A stretch of 64,000 nt of DNA from Candidatus Paraprochloron terpiosi LD05 (GTDB lineage Bacteria; Cyanobacteriota; Cyanobacteriia; Cyanobacteriales; Prochloraceae), in the NCBI GenBank assembly GCA_018141785.1, contig CP073341.1:633251-697250 (forward strand), written 5' to 3'. The position numbers and the translations under genes were made by a program. The notes beneath the pieces were generated by a model that saw only the letters and a list, made by a program, of their open reading frames with translations, was not told where the DNA came from and did not search any database. Positions within the stretch are counted from its first letter, which is position 1, and every line of letters begins with the position of its first letter. This document shows, one piece after another, positions 61,734-64,000 of the stretch.

Positions 61734-63725
61734 ATGATTTTTACAGAACTGATTCTAGAAAACTTCGGACCTTATCGTCAGCGCCACAAGATTAATCTCT
61801 GTCCCGAAAGGGGAGAAAATACTGGCCCTATCATTCTTTTTGGGGGCATGAATGGAGGGGGTAAAACTACCCTCATGGACGCTATTCGCCTCACTTTATA
61901 TGGACAAAGAGCACAATGTTCCACTCGGGGTAATTTAAGCTATAGTGACTTTCTCACCCAATGCGTTAATACTCAAACTCCCTTAAATGAACCTGCTCGC
62001 ATTGAATTAGCTTTTGAAATTATTCGCGAGGACAGACCTGAACCTGTCCAGTTGAGAATTGTCCGCCACTGGACTAGAAACCCGAAAGATGGGAAAGATA
62101 ATTTGGGCATTTTGGACGGAGAATGGCCCGATACTGCTTTGGCGAATACTTGGGACGAATATATAGAGAAGATCCTTCCTATCGGTATTTCTAATCTCTT
62201 TCTTTTTGACAGCAAACAGGTTGAGGAACTGGCGGAACGAGATATCCCTATTCTTACGGTGGTGGAAGCAATTAAGTCTTTGTTAGGCTTAGAATTAGCG
62301 GAAAAGTTAGGGGTAGATTTAGATGTTATTGTCAGTCGCAAGCGCAAAGCTTTGGCTAATCCGACTCGATGGGCTGATTTAGAAGCAATTGAAGCTAAAC
62401 TCCATGGTCTCAATACAACTAAGGCGGAAATTGAGGCGAAATTAGAGGCGGAAAAAAGTAATCTGGAGCGGGCTGAGAAACTCTATCGCCGGGCTTATAA
62501 TAAATATCGCTTGGAAGGGGGTAAAATAGCAGCAGTAAGGAGTAAATTGGAAGGGAAAATAAGCAATTTGGAGGAGGAAAAAAGACAGCAACGAGAAGCA
62601 ATGGTTCTTTTGGCGGCTGGGGTACTTCCTTTGAATTTAATTTTACCCCTCCTAAAAGAAGCCAGAACTCAAGGGGAACATGAGTTAAAATACCAAGAGG
62701 TCAGAACGGCAAGACAAGTATTAGTAGGGAGAGATAGTCGTTTGTTAGCTTATCTGGAAGCATTATCTCCTCCTTTTCAGCAAGTTGAAAAGATTAAATC
62801 CTTTTTGGAGGGAGAAAATCAAGCTTTGGAGCTGGAGACAGAAAGGGTACGACCTTTCTTGGCCATAGAAGGAGAAGATGTAAAGCGGTTAATTAATATA
62901 TTAGAGTATGAACTTCCCCATGCCATGGAAGTAGCAAGAGAAAGAAGGGAAAAGCTGGCAAGTCAGGAACTGGAAATTGACACCCTGCAACGAGAATTAG
63001 CTATGGCAGCTTCTCCAGAAGCCTATCAAGAATTGGATCATGCTGTCAAGGAAGCTGAGAGCTTTAAGATTGACTGCAAGGTGAATTTAGAGATGCAAGT
63101 GAGGAAATTTAATAAAATCGAAAAGGAAATTGGGGTAACGAAAAAGGAACTGGAGACCTATAGTGAAGAGAGTCTGACTTACGAGAACAACCAGCATATT
63201 ATTGCTTCGGTGAAGAAAGTCAAAGAAACCCTGGAATCATTCCGGGAAAAGTTAACTCTAAAGAAGTTAAATAAACTGGAAGGGGAAGTATCAGAGTGTT
63301 TTCGTTATCTGCTGCACAAGTCGGACTTAGTAAATAGTGTTACTATAGATAAGGATACTTTTCGCCTTTCTCTCTATAACTCAGAGGGAGAAGTTCCCAA
63401 ACACCGACTCTCAGCAGGAGAAAAACAATTACTCGCTATTGCTTTTCTTTGGGGACTAGCCCGGGTGTCGGGGCGAAATTTACCTGTAGTCATTGATAAT
63501 CCTTTAGAAAAACTAGATTCTGAGCATCGTCATAACCTGGTGGAACGGTATTTTCCCGCCGCTTCCCATCAAGTAATCCTCCTCTCTACGGACACGGACA
63601 TTGGTCAAGTGGAAGTAGCACAATTGCGAGAACTGGGGGCGATCGGGAGGGAATATCTCCTCCAATATGATTCACAGGAACGGCAAACTACTATTTCTCC
63701 GGGTTATTTTTGGAACCGCAGATGA
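61734..63725 (+). CDS. dndD: DNA sulfur modification ATPase DndD
   Basis: LENFGPY, GGMNGGGKTT, coiled coil, LSAGEKQ, QVILLSTD. Confidence 0.92.
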   Translation: MIFTELILENFGPYRQRHKINLCPERGENTGPIILFGGMNGGGKTTLMDAIRLTLYGQRAQCSTRGNLSYSDFLTQCVNTQTPLNEPARIELAFEIIREDRPEPVQLRIVRHWTRNPKDGKDNLGILDGEWPDTALANTWDEYIEKILPIGISNLFLFDSKQVEELAERDIPILTVVEAIKSLLGLELAEKLGVDLDVIVSRKRKALANPTRWADLEAIEAKLHGLNTTKAEIEAKLEAEKSNLERAEKLYRRAYNKYRLEGGKIAAVRSKLEGKISNLEEEKRQQREAMVLLAAGVLPLNLILPLLKEARTQGEHELKYQEVRTARQVLVGRDSRLLAYLEALSPPFQQVEKIKSFLEGENQALELETERVRPFLAIEGEDVKRLINILEYELPHAMEVARERREKLASQELEIDTLQRELAMAASPEAYQELDHAVKEAESFKIDCKVNLEMQVRKFNKIEKEIGVTKKELETYSEESLTYENNQHIIASVKKVKETLESFREKLTLKKLNKLEGEVSECFRYLLHKSDLVNSVTIDKDTFRLSLYNSEGEVPKHRLSAGEKQLLAIAFLWGLARVSGRNLPVVIDNPLEKLDSEHRHNLVERYFPAASHQVILLSTDTDIGQVEVAQLRELGAIGREYLLQYDSQERQTTISPGYFWNRR

Positions 63726-63968
63726 ACGCAGATTGAGCATTGGTATAACTATTAACTGGTAACTGGTAACTGCTATGGAAAAACCAATAGAGCGGATTCG
63801 TCTTTCCCAAACAGCGAAAGACCAATTAACTAAACTCAGATGAACGCAGATTGAGCATTGGTATAACTATTAACTACTAACTACTAACTGGTAACTGGTA
63901 ACTGCTATGGAAAAACCAATAGAACGGATTCGTCTTTCCCAAACAGCGAAAGACCAACTGACAAGACT
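63719..63968 (+). repeat. Tandem duplication (~118 and ~132 bp) of the dndD end and dndE start, with 7-nt TAACTGG/TAACTAC repeats
   Basis: Units 63719-63836 and 63837-63968. Confidence 0.9.
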
Positions 63969-64000
63969 CAAACGCAACACAAAGATAGATCAATGGAATA
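63907..64000 (+). CDS. dndE: DndE, partial (runs off the window)
   Basis: MEKPIERIRLSQTAKDQLTRLKRNTKIDQWN after dndD. Confidence 0.85.
   Translation, partial: MEKPIERIRLSQTAKDQLTRLKRNTKIDQWN

Overview
Cyanobacterial chromosome segment (HIP1 GCGATCGC sites, apcEABC, psaK, rplS-trnW-secE-nusG-rplKAJL, ftsH, gltA, alr, sphR-sphS-phoU with two SLH porins). About one third of the window (~21.3 kb) is nine group II introns, all on the minus strand. Seven are closely related RT-maturase-HNH introns of one family, one is an unrelated RT-HNH intron, and one is ORF-less. Splicing the introns out by hand at their GTGCG...AT ends rebuilds genes the ORF track misses: a 527-aa DGQHR (DndB-like) protein split by three introns next to dndC-dndD-dndE, a DUF262 protein whose first exon is only 12 nt, and an FkbM methyltransferase. 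The family copies carry six different EBS1/EBS2 guide sets, and most match their own 5' exon perfectly or nearly so. The family therefore looks like a retargeting, mosaic intron swarm concentrated in a phosphorothioate/defence island. Tiny (19-30 nt) GC-rich hairpin elements replace native stem-loops inside these introns, in both orientations. Also present are a Cfr10I-like R-M pair inside the Pho operon, a doubly inactivated Panacea TA pair, a tnpB remnant and a duplicated PFE-CTERM gene with hypervariable loops. All calls come from reading the sequence by eye; no searches were run.
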